Assembly: GCA_028534125.1 (NCBI GenBank)
Contig: CM052832.1
Location: forward strand, 9,674,001-9,738,000
Direction of reading: 5' to 3'
From: Lama glama
Lineage: Eukaryota
Length of the DNA: 64,000 nt
The position numbers and the translations under genes are program-made. The first letter of the stretch is position 1. The number at the start of each line of letters is the position of its first letter. This document shows, in pieces, positions 1-13,230 of the stretch. The notes below the pieces were generated by a model, which saw only the letters and a list, made by a program, of their open reading frames with translations, did not search any database and had not been told where the DNA came from.

Positions 1-65
1 AGGACTAGAGAAAGTTCAGCAGGAGGGCCATGGGCTGGTCAGCAGACTTTCTCCCTTCTCGCCTA

Positions 66-520
66 GTTATTTTGATAATTTCAGATAAAGGGAAGTTGCA
101 AGAATTGTACAGAAAATCCTCATATAGTCCACCCAGATTCCCCAAATGTTAACATTTTATCACACTTGCTTTATCATTCTATCTAATATATATATATTTA
201 CAGACACACACACACACACACACTGAAGACATAATGTCCCTTTATTCCTAAATATTTTAGTGTGTATACTTAAAACAAGGTCTTCTCTTACATAACCCCA
301 GTGGAATGATAAAAACCAGGAAAGTAGCATTGATACAGGGCTAGTATCTAATCTACAGGCCTTATTCAAATGTCACAGTAGTCCCAATGATAAGCTTTAT
401 AGCCAAAGAAGAAAAAAGTTCCAGTTACAGGTTGTATTCAGTTGTCCTGTCTCTGTAAGTTTCACTTAACCTGAAATGGTTCCTCAAATTTTTCTTTGTC
501 TTTCATGACATCACTGATTT
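66..520 (-). mobile_element. Old L1 (L1MC-like) 3' fragment containing a (TA)/(CA) microsatellite
   Basis: agttgcaagaa...cacccagattccccaaatgttaacatttt resembles L1MC 3' UTR in antisense. Confidence 0.6.
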
Positions 521-689
521 TGATGGACATAGGACTTTTAAACAAAGTCTTTTTGAAAAATGAGCTAAGACCAGGAGAAGGTTTTGATGTGAATCCCCAA
601 GCTTCTTTGGTTTATTCATTGAGAATTATTTCCCTGTTCAAGATGCAACAGTGGTTCCATGTTGCTCACCCCTAAGAATCCACATGCCC

Positions 690-1100
690 GCAGTATTCAT
701 TTCCTAGGTCTGGCATAACAAAGGACCTCAAACTGAGTGGCTTGAAACAACAGAAATATATTTTCTCACAGTTCTGGAAGCCAGAAGTCCAAAATCAAGG
801 TGTTGGCAGGGCCACGCTCTGTAGGAGAGGCTCCTTCCTTATCTCTTCCATCTTCGGGTAATCCCAGCTGTTGCTTGGCTTGGCGATGGACCACTCCAGT
901 CTGCCTCTGTCTCCACATGGGCGTCTTACTTCTCTTCTTATAAGGACACCAATCATATCGGATTTAAGGGCCACCCTGCTGTGATGTGACCTCATCTCAA
1001 TTACATCTGCAGCAACCCTATTTCCAAATAAGGTCATATTCTGAGGTACCAGGGGTTAGAAACTTCAACATACTGTTTAGAGGGGACACAATTCAACCCA
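690..1100 (-). mobile_element. MLT1-family (MaLR) solo LTR
   Basis: aaacaacagaaat...ctcacagttctggaagccagaagtccaaaatcaaggtg...tttccaaataaggtcatattctgaggtac...ggggacacaattcaaccca is typical of MLT1. Confidence 0.85.
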
Positions 1101-3049
1101 TCATCCTCCCCCACCTCATCTTTCCAGCCTAATCCTGCATTTCCTCCTGTGCGGTCCCTCTGCTTCAACCACACTCATCATCCCCGGGGACACTTGCTTT
1201 CTCCCAGACTCAGGGCTTCCTTCTGGCCCTCTCTACTCCCCTCTGCCACTGGGGGCTCCTCTTTTTCCTGATGATGACAACTTTCATTTGCCTAGTGCCT
1301 ATTCTGTGCCGTGCAGTGTTCTGAACTCTTTACACATAGCGTTCTTTTAACCCTATCTGGTAGGGACCACCACAAGTCCATTTTACAGATGAGGATATGG
1401 AGGTATGGGAAGGTTGACTTGTTCAAGGCTTCACAACAAGATGATTCTTTGACATTTTCCTGGCTTATTTCCCCCACATTCTTGAGTCTTTGCTGGTTGC
1501 TGTACAAGAGGTCTCAGTGCTGGTGAGCGTTCTAGTCAGTGGTCTCCCTCTCTGAGACCCTCCAGGCCTGGGAGTGCTCATCTTCCCCCACTGCCTCAGT
1601 TTACACTGATCCTACTGTGTGTCCTCAGTTCTCGGGTGGCAGTGGGGGATGGGATTTTATGTTTACTGTTTCCTCCTTCTCATTGGAGCCTCTGTACCTT
1701 AAACCAAGTGTGAGTGTCTCAGAGTGGGGCCCAGTGTATCAAATTGTGCCAAATTGACACTCCTGCAGAGTGTGTCAAAAATGCACAATCCAGGACCCCA
1801 CGCCAGACCACCTGAATCAGAACCTTTGGTCGGGAGACCCAGAGCCTGCCTCTTGAATAAACTTCCCAGTGATACTTACGAGTTTGAGAATTGCTGTTAA
1901 AAGCCCTCATTGGATGCTTATAAAATGATGGATGGACTGGTGGACCCATTGACTGCTTGGATGACCTGCCACTGTGTGTTTCTATGGGGGACAGACCAAG
2001 AAGAAAGTTTTAAAGTTTCCTGCCAATTTTAACAGCTCAATTTTTCAGTGCACCTACAACTGCTTTAAAAAGGGACTTTTTTTTTTTTTTAATGAAGGTA
2101 GTTACTGCCCATAGAGTAACTAAAGAATGCTGTGGAATGTTGTAGAACCAAGAAGGGTTGGGGGTGCTGTATTGCTGCAGGGCTATTTCTACACAAGCTG
2201 GCCTCTCTGCAGCGTGTCCCCCTCAGAATCAGATGGGAATCAGCAGGTCCCTGACCCGGTCCCAACACCCTGAACCCCCCCACCCCTCATCCAGAACTCT
2301 GAGAGCCTGGGGGTGACAGGAGACAGTTGCTCCACCCCCCAGAGGAGCCCAGCTGTTTCCTAGCTCCACATTTCAGCCACCTGAACCCATTCACAGTTTT
2401 CCTGTCGGTTAACCCGGCCGCGGGGCAGTGTGGGAAGGGGCCCCTCTAGACAGGGTGGGGCTGCGTTTCATTTACTGTGTCTTTCCTCGGGCCTCAGCTG
2501 AACAGGTGCAGGCAGAAGCAGCTGGGTGAAATGAGGACAGCCTTCCTCTCCTTCCCTTTCTCCTCTCCTCCAGCTCCCTCCTCCAACCCAGCAACAGTGA
2601 AGCCACATCCCATTTCCTCCCCAACATTCAAAAGCTTTTCTTCCCCACCGCCCCCTCCTCCTCTGCCCTTCATCCACCAAAGGGCAGCACACACCCCCTC
2701 TCCTCGGGAAGGACTGCTTTAAACTGGCAGGGGACATGGTTAAGGGAAAGTGGAAAGCCATGTTCGCAAGGCCATTCTCCCTTTCTCTTCTGGTGCTTGC
2801 TTTCTTTTCTTTTTCTTTTTTAAATTAAAGAAGGGAAGGTGGAAAGAGGGAAGTGGTGTTTTAGGAAAGGAGGGGAGTGCTGTTTCAGGGACTGGGTCCT
2901 CAACTTTACCTGCAGCCTCTAAGGCATTGAAGAAGACCGATTTTGAACTTGGCTAACCTATCCCCTTCAGGGCAGATTGCTGCTCCCTGTCTCCTAAAAG
3001 AAGGAGGCTTGTAGTGATGGGGAGTCAGACTTCTATCCACATTCTGGAA

Positions 3050-3217
3050 CAGAGGTACTCAAAGTTGAATATACGTCCACATCCCCTGGAGGGCTTGTTA
3101 AACTGGGATTCTGACTCAGTAGGACTGAGGTGGGGCCGGAGAATTTGCATTTCTGATTTGTTTCCTGTTAGGTGCTGCTCTTGCTGGGTCAGGGACCACA
3201 CTTTACAGAACCACTGT
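3050..3217. mobile_element. MER5A-like hAT-Charlie MITE
   Basis: tctgactcagtaggactgaggtggggccggagaatttgcatttct...gggaccacactttacagaaccactg. Similar copies near 1750-1895, 15350-15730 and 44690-44835. Confidence 0.75.
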
Positions 3218-3879
3218 CCTAGAGCTCCCCTTAAGATTTCTGATAAGTGGGCTTTGCTTGGCCACTGCTGGGAGAACAGGTCACCCAAGGAAGTTGGGCC
3301 CCAGCAGTGGCCTTATCAGTCAGGCTCAAGTCACAACCTTGCCCCCTTGCAGTTCTGCTCGGTTTGGATGGAACTGTGGCTTAAGAGAAGAGAACAGAAG
3401 GAGGACACTCTCTTGCTTGCTCCTCACTCCCATGGTCAGTCCCTTCCAAGCAATGCCTCCTGCCATCTTGAATCTTTCGTTTCTATAGCTTCTTCTCTGC
3501 CAACAGTAGGGAAAGAGATGCCCGTGTTCTCTGAAGCTTACCCCTTCAACTACCTGCTATGGAGAATTAGGCAGTTGTTCAAATCATGAAGTCAACCTCT
3601 GTGTGGTGACTTGGGAGTGATCTACCAAGACACACTGTAGAGTGAAACTGCTCAACTATAGGTAGAAAATACTCTTGTTTTTGTAAAAACAACCAACCGT
3701 AAAGCTATAAATGAATATATACATAAATATTTACATGCACACAGACCAAAAAAAGTCTGGGAGGACCCTTTCCAGATGGCCAACAGAAGTTAGCTCAAGA
3801 AGATGGTAGATTTCACCTTTTATATTCTCTAATCCTGTATTTTAACAAGCTATCTCACTCTAATTAAAGGCCAGTGAGC

Positions 3880-4020
3880 CAGTGGTAGAGTGCATGCTTA
3901 GCATGCACGAGGTCCTGGGTTCAATCCTCAGTAGCACCGTTAAAAGTAAGTAAATAAATAAAATAAAATAAATAAACAAACCTAATTACCTCTCCTCCCA
4001 CCAAAAGGGAAAAAAAAAAA
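3880..4020 (+). mobile_element. tRNA-Ala-derived SINE (Vic-1-like), 5'-truncated
   Basis: cagtggtagagtgcatgcttagcatgcacgaggtcctgggttcaatcc, (TAAA)n, cctaattacctc segment, poly-A. Confidence 0.9.
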
Positions 4021-5039
4021 AGTCAATGAGCTGCAAATAATAGAAAATGTTACAGCCCTGGAAGGCTGTACTGTGAACTGTGAACAGTAGGGAGCAGGAG
4101 GTGGGGCTGAGGGGTCTATCACTGCACACGCAGACACACACTGGGTGGTGTGAATTTGTTAAAAGGAGGGTTATTAGTTCTTTAACTAAAAGGAAATATA
4201 GGCATTAAAGGAAATAGATGCCCCCTCCTTTCCCTGGCAGCCCCGGGCTCGCCCCCACCAGCTGCTGCCCGGAGCCCTCCGCTCTCCTCCAGCTGCTGGG
4301 CCATCTCATTCCTTCCTGTCACCATCAGATTTCTCCATGGAGTAGCCTTCACTTGCTGCCTCCATTTCTTCAACAGCCATTCTTTTGGTTGTAAAGAAAC
4401 ATTGCATGTTTTTGTTTGCCGATTGCCAGCATTCCAAAAAAGAAAAAAAATTCTGTAGCCTTAAAACAGCATCCACAAACAAGACCCGATCCGGTCCAGT
4501 CCTTTCTGCTCCTCACTGCACCACACTGTCCTTTCATCATTGTAATCTGCACAAATGCTATTTTGTGTCCTGAAATTTTTTTACGTCATCTAATTTTGTA
4601 AGCCTGTCTGTGTATGGACATAGCATCATTTCTTCTCTGAATGGTACTGTGGTTGTTTAACCAGGCCCTGATTGTTAGGCCTCTGGGTGGTTTCCAGTTT
4701 TTTGCTATTTATTCATTCATGGTTTAATCCCCTTCTTTTGGGCCCCGCCTCCTGCCTTCTATAAAAACTGCCCTCTTAAAGGTCACTGCTATGGGTCTTC
4801 CCTCCAGATCTACTAGCCTCTTCTCAGTCCTTGACTAAGCCCTTGTCCTGACTTTAACTGGACTTGGCCTTGTAAACCACCCTCACCACCACCGACCAGC
4901 CCACCCATCAAACTCTTCATGAAATTCCAGCCTCCCTTTACTGGCTTTTGCTTTTTCTTTCTTTCTTTCTTTAATCTTTGTCTTTTCTTTCAAATACAGC
5001 CATTTTTACATTTTCATTTTAAAAATATAAAGCCACTAA

Positions 5040-7360
5040 TAAATGGGCAATATAGAAAATAAATATAGATTTTTATTTTAAATTTCTTAATTGAATTATG
5101 AATTAAATGATTTGAAAGAATATGGATGTATATATATGAATATATATTTGTGTCTGTATGTAAATTATAAAGCAGAGGAGTAAAACTAGACCCATAAAAT
5201 AACTACCCTGCAAGTTAAGAAGTACAGCACCACCAATTCCATGTACGCTTCCTGTGTTCCCCTTTCTGGGTCATCCCTCTAATAAATCCCACTGAGATAC
5301 CCTGAATTTTGTTTGTTTTATCATTCTCCTAGTTAATTTTAATAATTTGTAAATTTGAAGGGGTTCTAGCTAGACAAACATATTATCTATTTGGGGGGAG
5401 CGCATAGCTCAGTGGTAGAGTGTATGCCTAGCATGTACAAGGTCCTGGGTTCAATCCCCAGTACCTCCATTAAAGATAAATAAATTTTTAAAAAACCTAA
5501 TTACCTCCCCACAAGGAAAAAAAATTTTTTTAATTATCTAATTATAATTACATTGTTGTTTCTTTCGAACGCTATCCTTTTGTTTTCCTTTGCTTTCTGC
5601 TTTATCTGGGAAATCCAATTTAATGTCAACTAGAAGCAGGAACAGCAGGCATCCTTGACTTGTTCCTGAATTTAAAGGAAATGCTTTTAGTGCATTTTCC
5701 CACTAATAATAATGCTTGCTGTAGGGTTTTGGTAGATGCTCTTTAACAGTTAAGGAAGTTTCTTTTTATTTCTAGTCTGTTGTTAAATTTTATCAAATGT
5801 TTTTTCTGCATCTATTGAAATGATGTTATGGGTGTTTTTCATCTGTAGATGCTATAAATTACATTAAAATTTTTATGTTAAATATTGATGTGCAATTTTT
5901 GACTGTTGATTTTCTCTACTGTTTTTCTATTTCATTTTGCTTTTATTTTATTGTTTTTGTTTTTCTGTTTTCTTAGGATTTATTCTGCTACTCTTTGTTT
6001 AACTTACTACTATCCTTGGTTTATCAATTTTGAATCCTTTTTTCTTTTCTGACGTATGCACTTATGGCTATATATTTCCCCATAAGTGTTGTTTAAGCTC
6101 TATCCTGTAAGGTTTTTTTTCCCTTATTAGACATACCTATCCTACAATGCACAGATTTTAAGTCTACCATTTTATGAGTTTTGGCAAATGTAAACACACA
6201 TTACCATCATCCAAATCAACATATAAGATATTTTCCTAGAAAGCTCTGCCAGGCCCATTTTGGATCAAAATCCTCCTTCACCACCGGAGTTAATCAGTGT
6301 TAGAATTATACTTGGCTAGAGAGTCATCAAATGGAGGTACACAATATGTTCTCTTTTGTGTCCAGCTTCTTTCACTCAGCATATGTTGTGTATATTACTT
6401 AATTTGTTCCTTTGTATTGCTGAGTTTATTCCATTATATGGGAGGCTGTACGCTATTGTTTACCCATTCTCTGTTGATGGATGTTTGGATTGCTTCCAGT
6501 TTTTGGCTATTATGAATAAAGCACTGAGGAACATTCTTGTACAAGTTCTTTGTGGACATAAGCCTTCCCTTCTCTTGGGTAGGTACCTGTTAGTAGGAAA
6601 GCTGGGGTATCCCACAAGTTTGACTATGTAGTATTTTCATTATGATTTAGCTCTAGTTCTTAAAAATTTCCATTAAGATATTTTTCTTTGACCTGTAAGT
6701 TAACTGAAAGTGTGTGTTTCAGTCTCCACGCATGTGGGACTTCTTGTTGTTGTCGATGATGGTTTCTGACTTAGTTGCATTTTGGTTAGCTAATATGGGC
6801 TTTATAACACTCATTTTTTGAAATATTTTGAGACTTGCTTTATGACTTAATATGTAGTACATTTCTGTGCTTAAAAAGAATATGTATTCACCAATTCACA
6901 CACACAATATGCACATATAAACATTTAACAAGCTTGATATATATATTCACATATATACACATATATAGATAGATACATGCATATAGATATGGATCTCATG
7001 CTTGTTAATGGCACTGTTCAAATTTCCCAAATCCTTTCTGATATTTGTCTGTTCAATCTATCAAAAAAGATGTATTAAAATCTCCTACCCTGAGTGATAA
7101 ATGGTGGATTTATTAGTTTTCCTTATAGTTTTGTCAAATTTGGCTTTATATATTTTGAACCTTTGTTATCGGAGATGTACAGATTTATAATTACTATATA
7201 TCATTTTGGCAAATGATAAATTATTATTGTAGCAAATTTTCAAATCATCATGTAGTGACTCTCTCTTATAATGCTTTTTGCCTTAGCGCCTGTTTTATCT
7301 CATGTTACTATTTGGCGTCAGCTTCCTTTCAGTTAGTATTTATTTAGTAATTTTTTCCCA
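5040..7360 (-). mobile_element. Cluster of old antisense L1 fragments (interrupted by a SINE)
   Basis: T-rich. Motifs such as gcatccttgacttgttcctga...aggaagtttcttttattctag and ttggattgcttccagtttttggctattatgaataaagc. Confidence 0.7.
5393..5530 (+). mobile_element. tRNA-Ala-derived SINE (Vic-1-like)
   Basis: A box tagctcagtgg, B box ggttcaatcc, cctaattacctcccc tail, flanked by attatcta repeats. Confidence 0.9.
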
Positions 7361-8087
7361 TCATTTAACGTGCAGCCTCTCCATGTACTATTTTTTTTCT
7401 ATGAATGCTTGTAATAAGGCTTAGGTTGGAAGTCAGAAGACCTCCTTCAAAAGGGTATAAGAATACTTGCTTTGCACACCCCCCTTTACCAGTATTGTGA
7501 GATTCAGATGAGATAAGGTATGTGAAATCACTCTGCAAACTGTAAAATATTTTCCAAATTATTGTCATCTAACAAATGAGTGTCCTCAAAAGCTTGCTTA
7601 AAGCCATAGTGGTTAAGAGCTTAGTTGGTAACAGAGTCATGCTTTTGCATTTGCAGACACTATTTTATAGGGTGGCTGGAGATTATATGTTTTAAAAGTA
7701 CAAAATTATCCAGGGCATTGTAAGTGTTCAGTAAATTTTAACTCAATATTTTTATGATTATGATTTTTATGTTACTGTTGCTTTACCTGAATGCTGTCTC
7801 CTCAACTTACCAGTATATAACTATAGGTAAATTCCTTAACCACTCTAAGCCTCAGCTTCCTCATCTTTGAAGCTAGAATAATGATAACTACTTCATAGTG
7901 TTGTTCTGAGAATGATGTAAAATAATGATGAAAAGAGCTTGGTACACTGCCTGGGTACCATGATCTTGATCTTGAGGATCTCTTCTGGTATTAGAATTCT
8001 TTTCAATGTTGACATTTTCCTGACATCCTGGATCATCTCTAACCTCTTACCTGAGCTTGAAGCCCTTATTTAAAATGCTAGCGGAGT

Positions 8088-8204
8088 GGAGGGAGGGTAT
8101 AGCTCAGTGGTAGAATGTGTGCTTAGTATGCGTGAGATCTTGGGTTCAATCCCCTGTACCTCTGTTAATTAATTTAAAAAAAACCTAATTACTTCCCCCC
8201 AAAA
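8088..8204 (+). mobile_element. tRNA-Ala-derived SINE (Vic-1-like)
   Basis: A and B boxes. 17-bp TSD taaaatgctagc(g/a)gagt at 8071-8087 and 8205-8221. Confidence 0.92.
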
Positions 8205-9210
8205 TAAAATGCTAGCAGAGTATTACCACTTGGATATCTTACTATCAGTTTAAGTCTAAAGCTGAATTCTTCACCCTTTCTCCCCACTAAATCATTTCAG
8301 CTTCTTGTGCATCAAAATGATGGGCTTTTGTCAAGCCCTACCCTTAAGGAGCTCACCACCTAATTGGAGACTGATCCTAAAGCATCTGCTAAAAGTGCCG
8401 TTTTAGTAATTCATACAAAGTGCTTCAGGAGACTCCACAGAAGAGATGTGCTCTGTGGGGAGGAGGGCGACCAAGTCAGGGATTGCTTCCCAGACCAGGG
8501 GAAGCCCCTTTCCCCATTTCCACCAAATGTACCCGAACTATCATCCGTCATTCTCCCAACACAGCAGACTGTCTTCACTTTCTCACTTCCAAGCAGTGAC
8601 TCAGAGATCCAGCCTCCTTGCTTCTCTTGGTGATACAATGTGCATGTTCTAGAGGTACTCCATTAGCTTCTTCTGCATCCTACTCTGATTGACTGAGAGA
8701 GTGAGGACTGTGCTAGGTGTTTTATGGCCAGGTCTGAAGAGGCAACATCATTGTTGCCCACATTCATTGGTCAGACCCAGTAGCTGGCCCCAGCCTAACT
8801 GCAAGGGAAGCTGGGAATCGTAGTTTTCCCGTGTGCCCAGGAAGAGGAAAAGGGATTGGTGGGCTTCTAACCAGTCTTAGCTATAGCTGCCTCAGACATC
8901 TTTGACATAAGCCACTCCTGACTTGTTCCTTTTGCTGTTCTTCTTGTGAAGGCCTGGGCCACGGAGCAAAGGGGAATCACCTCGGTAGTCCCAGATGTTC
9001 AATCCCTGCTTGCTAAGACCCACAATTTTTCCCTGCCATCTTGTTCACTTTAATAATCCTTCCAGCCAAGAAGAAATTATTTTGCCACCTGGACCAATGT
9101 TTGGCACATAGTAGGTATACAAGAAGTATTTTTTAATATTTAGCCCAATATTATTATTGGGTTTATATAACCCAGAACACTATCATTTCAACATGTAATC
9201 AACATAAAAT

Positions 9211-9348
9211 TCTTTTTTGTTTTTGTTTTTTAAAAAAATTTTAATCGAAGTGTAGTTGATTTGACAATGTTAGTTTCAGGTGTACAGCAAAGTGATTCAG
9301 TCATACATATACATACATTTTTTTTTTCTTTTCAGATTCTTTTCCATT
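9211..9348 (-). mobile_element. Artiodactyl-type L1 3' end, 5'-truncated
   Basis: Poly-T followed by ttaatcgaagtgtagttgattt...tttcaggtgtacagcaaagtgattcagt, related to the + strand copy at about 27040-27475. Confidence 0.8.
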
Positions 9349-11041
9349 AAAGAAGTATTTTTTAAATACATGGATTCTCTCAGCTCCAGGAATTGCTTAG
9401 AGGTTATTTACAAGGGTGAATTATGCTGAGCACTTGAGTGGGCTGAGAGAGGAACTTCTGAACGCTACTTAATCAGGGATGGGAAGAGCTCCTTTTTGTT
9501 TGAGAACTTGTTTATTGGTCACAACTGAACTGCCCCTGAAAGCAAGTGAAAATCACCTTAGTGCTAGAAGCTTTCCAGCACTTCTGCTTCCTCCTATTGA
9601 ATCAGAAAGGGAAAGTGACAAGGCTGAGCAGAGGCCCCAGGGGACTGGAGCTGGAAGGCAAGAATTTGTTGTGGCCTCTTAGTCCTTAGGAAGCCCGCAG
9701 AGCATTGACCAAGCTCAGATTCTGATGGGTTCACACTCCAGCTTGGCCATCTCTGTAGCTATGGGACCTTGGGACAAGTTACTTAATCTTTTTGTGCCAG
9801 TTTCCTCATCTGTAAAGATAATAATATCAACCTCCTCTGCAGGTTAATATAATAAAAAGTACAGACCAGGGGTGACCCAGTGTCAGTGCTATGTAATTAC
9901 GGATGTTGTCAGCATTAGGGTCAGAAAAGAACTGATCACAAGAAATCCTAAAATGATAGGCTGGAAGGGCCCTTAGAGGGGACTGTGTCTAATCTCTGTA
10001 GCGTCACGGGGCTGTTCTTGGTGTCCAGTCAGATTCTCATGCTACTTCTGGTTTTCAGCAAACATTGTAGTTCTAAGCTATTTGGTAAAGTAGGTGAAAT
10101 TTATCTTAGTGGCTTCCCAAGTCTAGGCTGCCCCAGCTCAATCCCTGTGCCCCTTGCCTGTTTTGCCCCCAATCTGCCTTTTCTACCCCAGAACACTCAC
10201 ACTGTTCCCCACCACCCAGATCTTCAGTCTGCCACCCCCTCACCACCCCACCTTAGTTCTGCTGGATCTCTGTCCCAGGATCACATTCAGCTAGTTAATC
10301 TGATACAGGATTGCTCTGAAAGTACTAACTGGAGATGGTGCAAAGGTTGCTGCTTCTTACAAAGGTGCGTTATGACTGGGGCGCTTCTGGAGAAATGCCC
10401 CACCCTTTGTGTTCTGGTCTGTGAGAGGGAGAGATGGAGCAGCATTCCAGCTGAGAAGTTGGAGAGATTTAAGGCCATCTACCTCTCTTAAAAGAAGACA
10501 GGTCCTCTCTAAGCATCCATCGTGTTGGCTGGCGTTGGCGGCAGAGACATGGCAGGGAAACGTGGCAGGGACATTTAATCAGTATATTTCTAGACAGAGA
10601 GCTAGTTGCTGGAGGAGGTGGGGCAGGATATAAAAATGGGTAAGCTTTGTCCCTGCCTTCAAATAGTGAGGGAAACGCAAGTACCCATTTAATAAGCATA
10701 CGAAGTAAATTGTCACGTGCTAAAACAGTAACAAATCAGACAAGGATGAGAGAGCCATCCAAACTGGAAATTTTAGAAGATTCCGTGGAAAGCCTGATGG
10801 CAGCCTTAGAACTGGCTCTCAAAGAGGATTTTTAAAAGTATATTTACCAGTACTAGAAGATCTACAAATACTAGAGCACAGAAAGAAAAGAAAATCACCC
10901 ACAGTCTCACAATTCAAAGCGACCTCTGTTATTTGCTGATACTGGGGTTATAGGTGATTTTTGTTTACTCTACATTTTGAAAAGTTTTCTATAATTGGTT
11001 TTGCAATAAAAAGTATGTATTTATAAAAACAAAATGTGTGA

Positions 11042-11172
11042 GGGGAGGGTATAGCTCAGTGATAGAGCACATGCTTAGCATGCACAAGTTCCTAGGTTCA
11101 ATCCCCAGTACCTCCATTAATAAACAAACCTAATTCTGCTCCCCCGCCCTGCAAAAAAAGAAAAAGAAAAAG
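11042..11172 (+). mobile_element. tRNA-Ala-derived SINE (Vic-1-like)
   Basis: ggggagggtatagctcagtgatagagc...ggttcaatccccagtacctcca plus A-rich tail. Confidence 0.9.
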
Positions 11173-11925
11173 AAATGTAAAACTCAAAGACAACTCAGTG
11201 CTAACATTTCAGTGTTACCCTCCTAGTCATTTTGTAATACATCATTTAAGCATTCCATTCGCACAGTTATGTATACCTGCTCTTTTCAGCTTCTCAGCGT
11301 TTGCCTTGCTGTTTTAAATGGTACATCAATATGACTGACTGGTTGTGGGATGTGATGTATGTAGTCATGTCCTTCCATTGGGCTGTAAGGTTGTTTACAA
11401 AGTTTTGCTATTCTAACTAACGCTTTGTATGTTCCTGGGCATAAGTACTTTTTAAAATTAATAAACTTAATTTTTTTAGGTTCACAGCAAAACTGAATGG
11501 AAAGTACAGAGAGTTCTCATATAATTCCTTGTGCCCACACATGTCCAACCTCCTCCACTACCAACCCCACCGTTGACATCCCCCACCAGAGGATACATTT
11601 GTTTCAGTCAATGAACCTACACTGGCACCTCTTTATTATCCATAGTTTACCGTTAGGATTCACTCTTAGTGTTGCATATTCTGTGGGTTTTGATGTGTGT
11701 CCACCATTGTAGTATCATACAGAATACTTTCACTGCCCTAGAAGTTCTCTGTACTCCGTCTGTTCACCTCTTTCTCCCTGCTAAACCCTGGCAACCACTG
11801 ATCTTTTTACTGTCTCTAGTTTTGCGTTTTCCAAAATGTCATATAGTTTGAATTATACAGTATGTAGCCTTTTCACTTCATAATGCGCATCTAAGATCCC
11901 TCTATGTTTTTCTGTGGCTTGATAA

Positions 11926-11928
<3 letters not shown>

Positions 11929-11978
<50 letters not shown>

Positions 11979-11983
11979 CGCGC
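11929..11983. repeat. Compound microsatellite (TG)20(CG)6
   Basis: Directly visible: TG run 11931-11970, CG run 11971-11982. Confidence 0.97.
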
Positions 11984-12319
11984 TGAATAACATTCCATGT
12001 CTGGATGTACTACAGTTTATTTATCCATCCACCTACTGAAGGACATCTTGATTGCTTCTAAGTTTGGGTGGTTATGAGTAAAGCTGGTGTAAACATCGGT
12101 ATGTAGACTTTTATGTGGATATGTTTTCAGTTCATTTAGGTAAATACTGAACTGTATGGTAAGAATATGTTTAGTTTTGTAAGAAACCACCAAACTGTCT
12201 TCAGTGTGGCTGTACCATTTTGCATTTCCAACATCAATGAATGAGAGTTCCAGTTGCTTCATATCCTCACCAGCATTTGGTGTTGTCAGTGTTCTTAATA
12301 TCTAATAGGTGTATCGTGG

Positions 12320-13230
12320 TGTGAAATAATAGGAAAAAATATATATCGGTCCCTGCCCCCAGTTCCTGGCGCAGAGAAAACCCTTGTAATTTCCTAAGTG
12401 ATAAGAGCACTAGGAGCATCTTTTGTTCTAATATTTGGTCTTTGACCCTGGTTCCCAATGCAGGGCTTCTAAATCCCTTGGAATTTCCTAGGTGATAGGA
12501 GAGTCTTTTGTTCTAATAAAACAACTCTGGGTGGGCTCCTGGATGGCCTTGGGATAGGAGTTGGCCACCAGAAAGACCAAGCCATGATTAGAAGCTTGGA
12601 ATTTTCAGCCCCAGACCCCCATTCTTTAGAAAGGGGAGAGGGGCTGGAAATGGAGTTAATAATTGAGCATGCCTACACGAGGAAGCCTCCAGAAAAATCC
12701 CAATAGCAGGGGTTCGGGGGCTTCCAGGAGGGTGAACACATTCACGTACCAGGAGGGTGACACACCAACTCGCTTGGGATCCTCCCAGACCTCACCCTAT
12801 GTATCTCTTCATCTGGCTATTCATTTGTATCCTTTATCATATCCTTTAATAAACTGGTAAACTTAAGTAAATGTTTCCCTGAGTTCAGTGAGCTACTCTA
12901 GCAAATGAATTGCATTCAAAGGGGGAGGCCTTTGCACAGAAGTTGGAGAGAAGTTGTGGGTAACCTGGAGACCTACTGCTTGCAACTGGCATCTAGGTGT
13001 GGAGCAGTCTCGTGGGACTGAGCCCTTAATCTGTGGGATCTGATGCTGACTCCAGATAGATAGTGCCAGAATTGAGTTAAATTGTAGGACACCCAGCTGG
13101 TGTAGCAGAATTGCTTGGTGTGGGGGAAAAACACACACATCTGGTGTCAGAAATGTTGTGAGTGTGGTAATAGTGTGAGAATAAAGGAGAAAGACATACT
13201 CCAGGAGGACTATGAGGTTTTTCCTATACA
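12320..13230 (+). mobile_element. MER21-family solo LTR nested in L1
   Basis: TG...CA ends, 5-bp TSD (c/a)gtgg at 12315-12319 and 13231-13235, internal AATAAA near 12848, MER21-like ccagaaagaccaagccatgattagaag. Confidence 0.8.

Noticed and set aside
3014..3589. 191-aa ORF
   Set aside because: Runs through a MER5A-like repeat, with no protein-like features or splice support.
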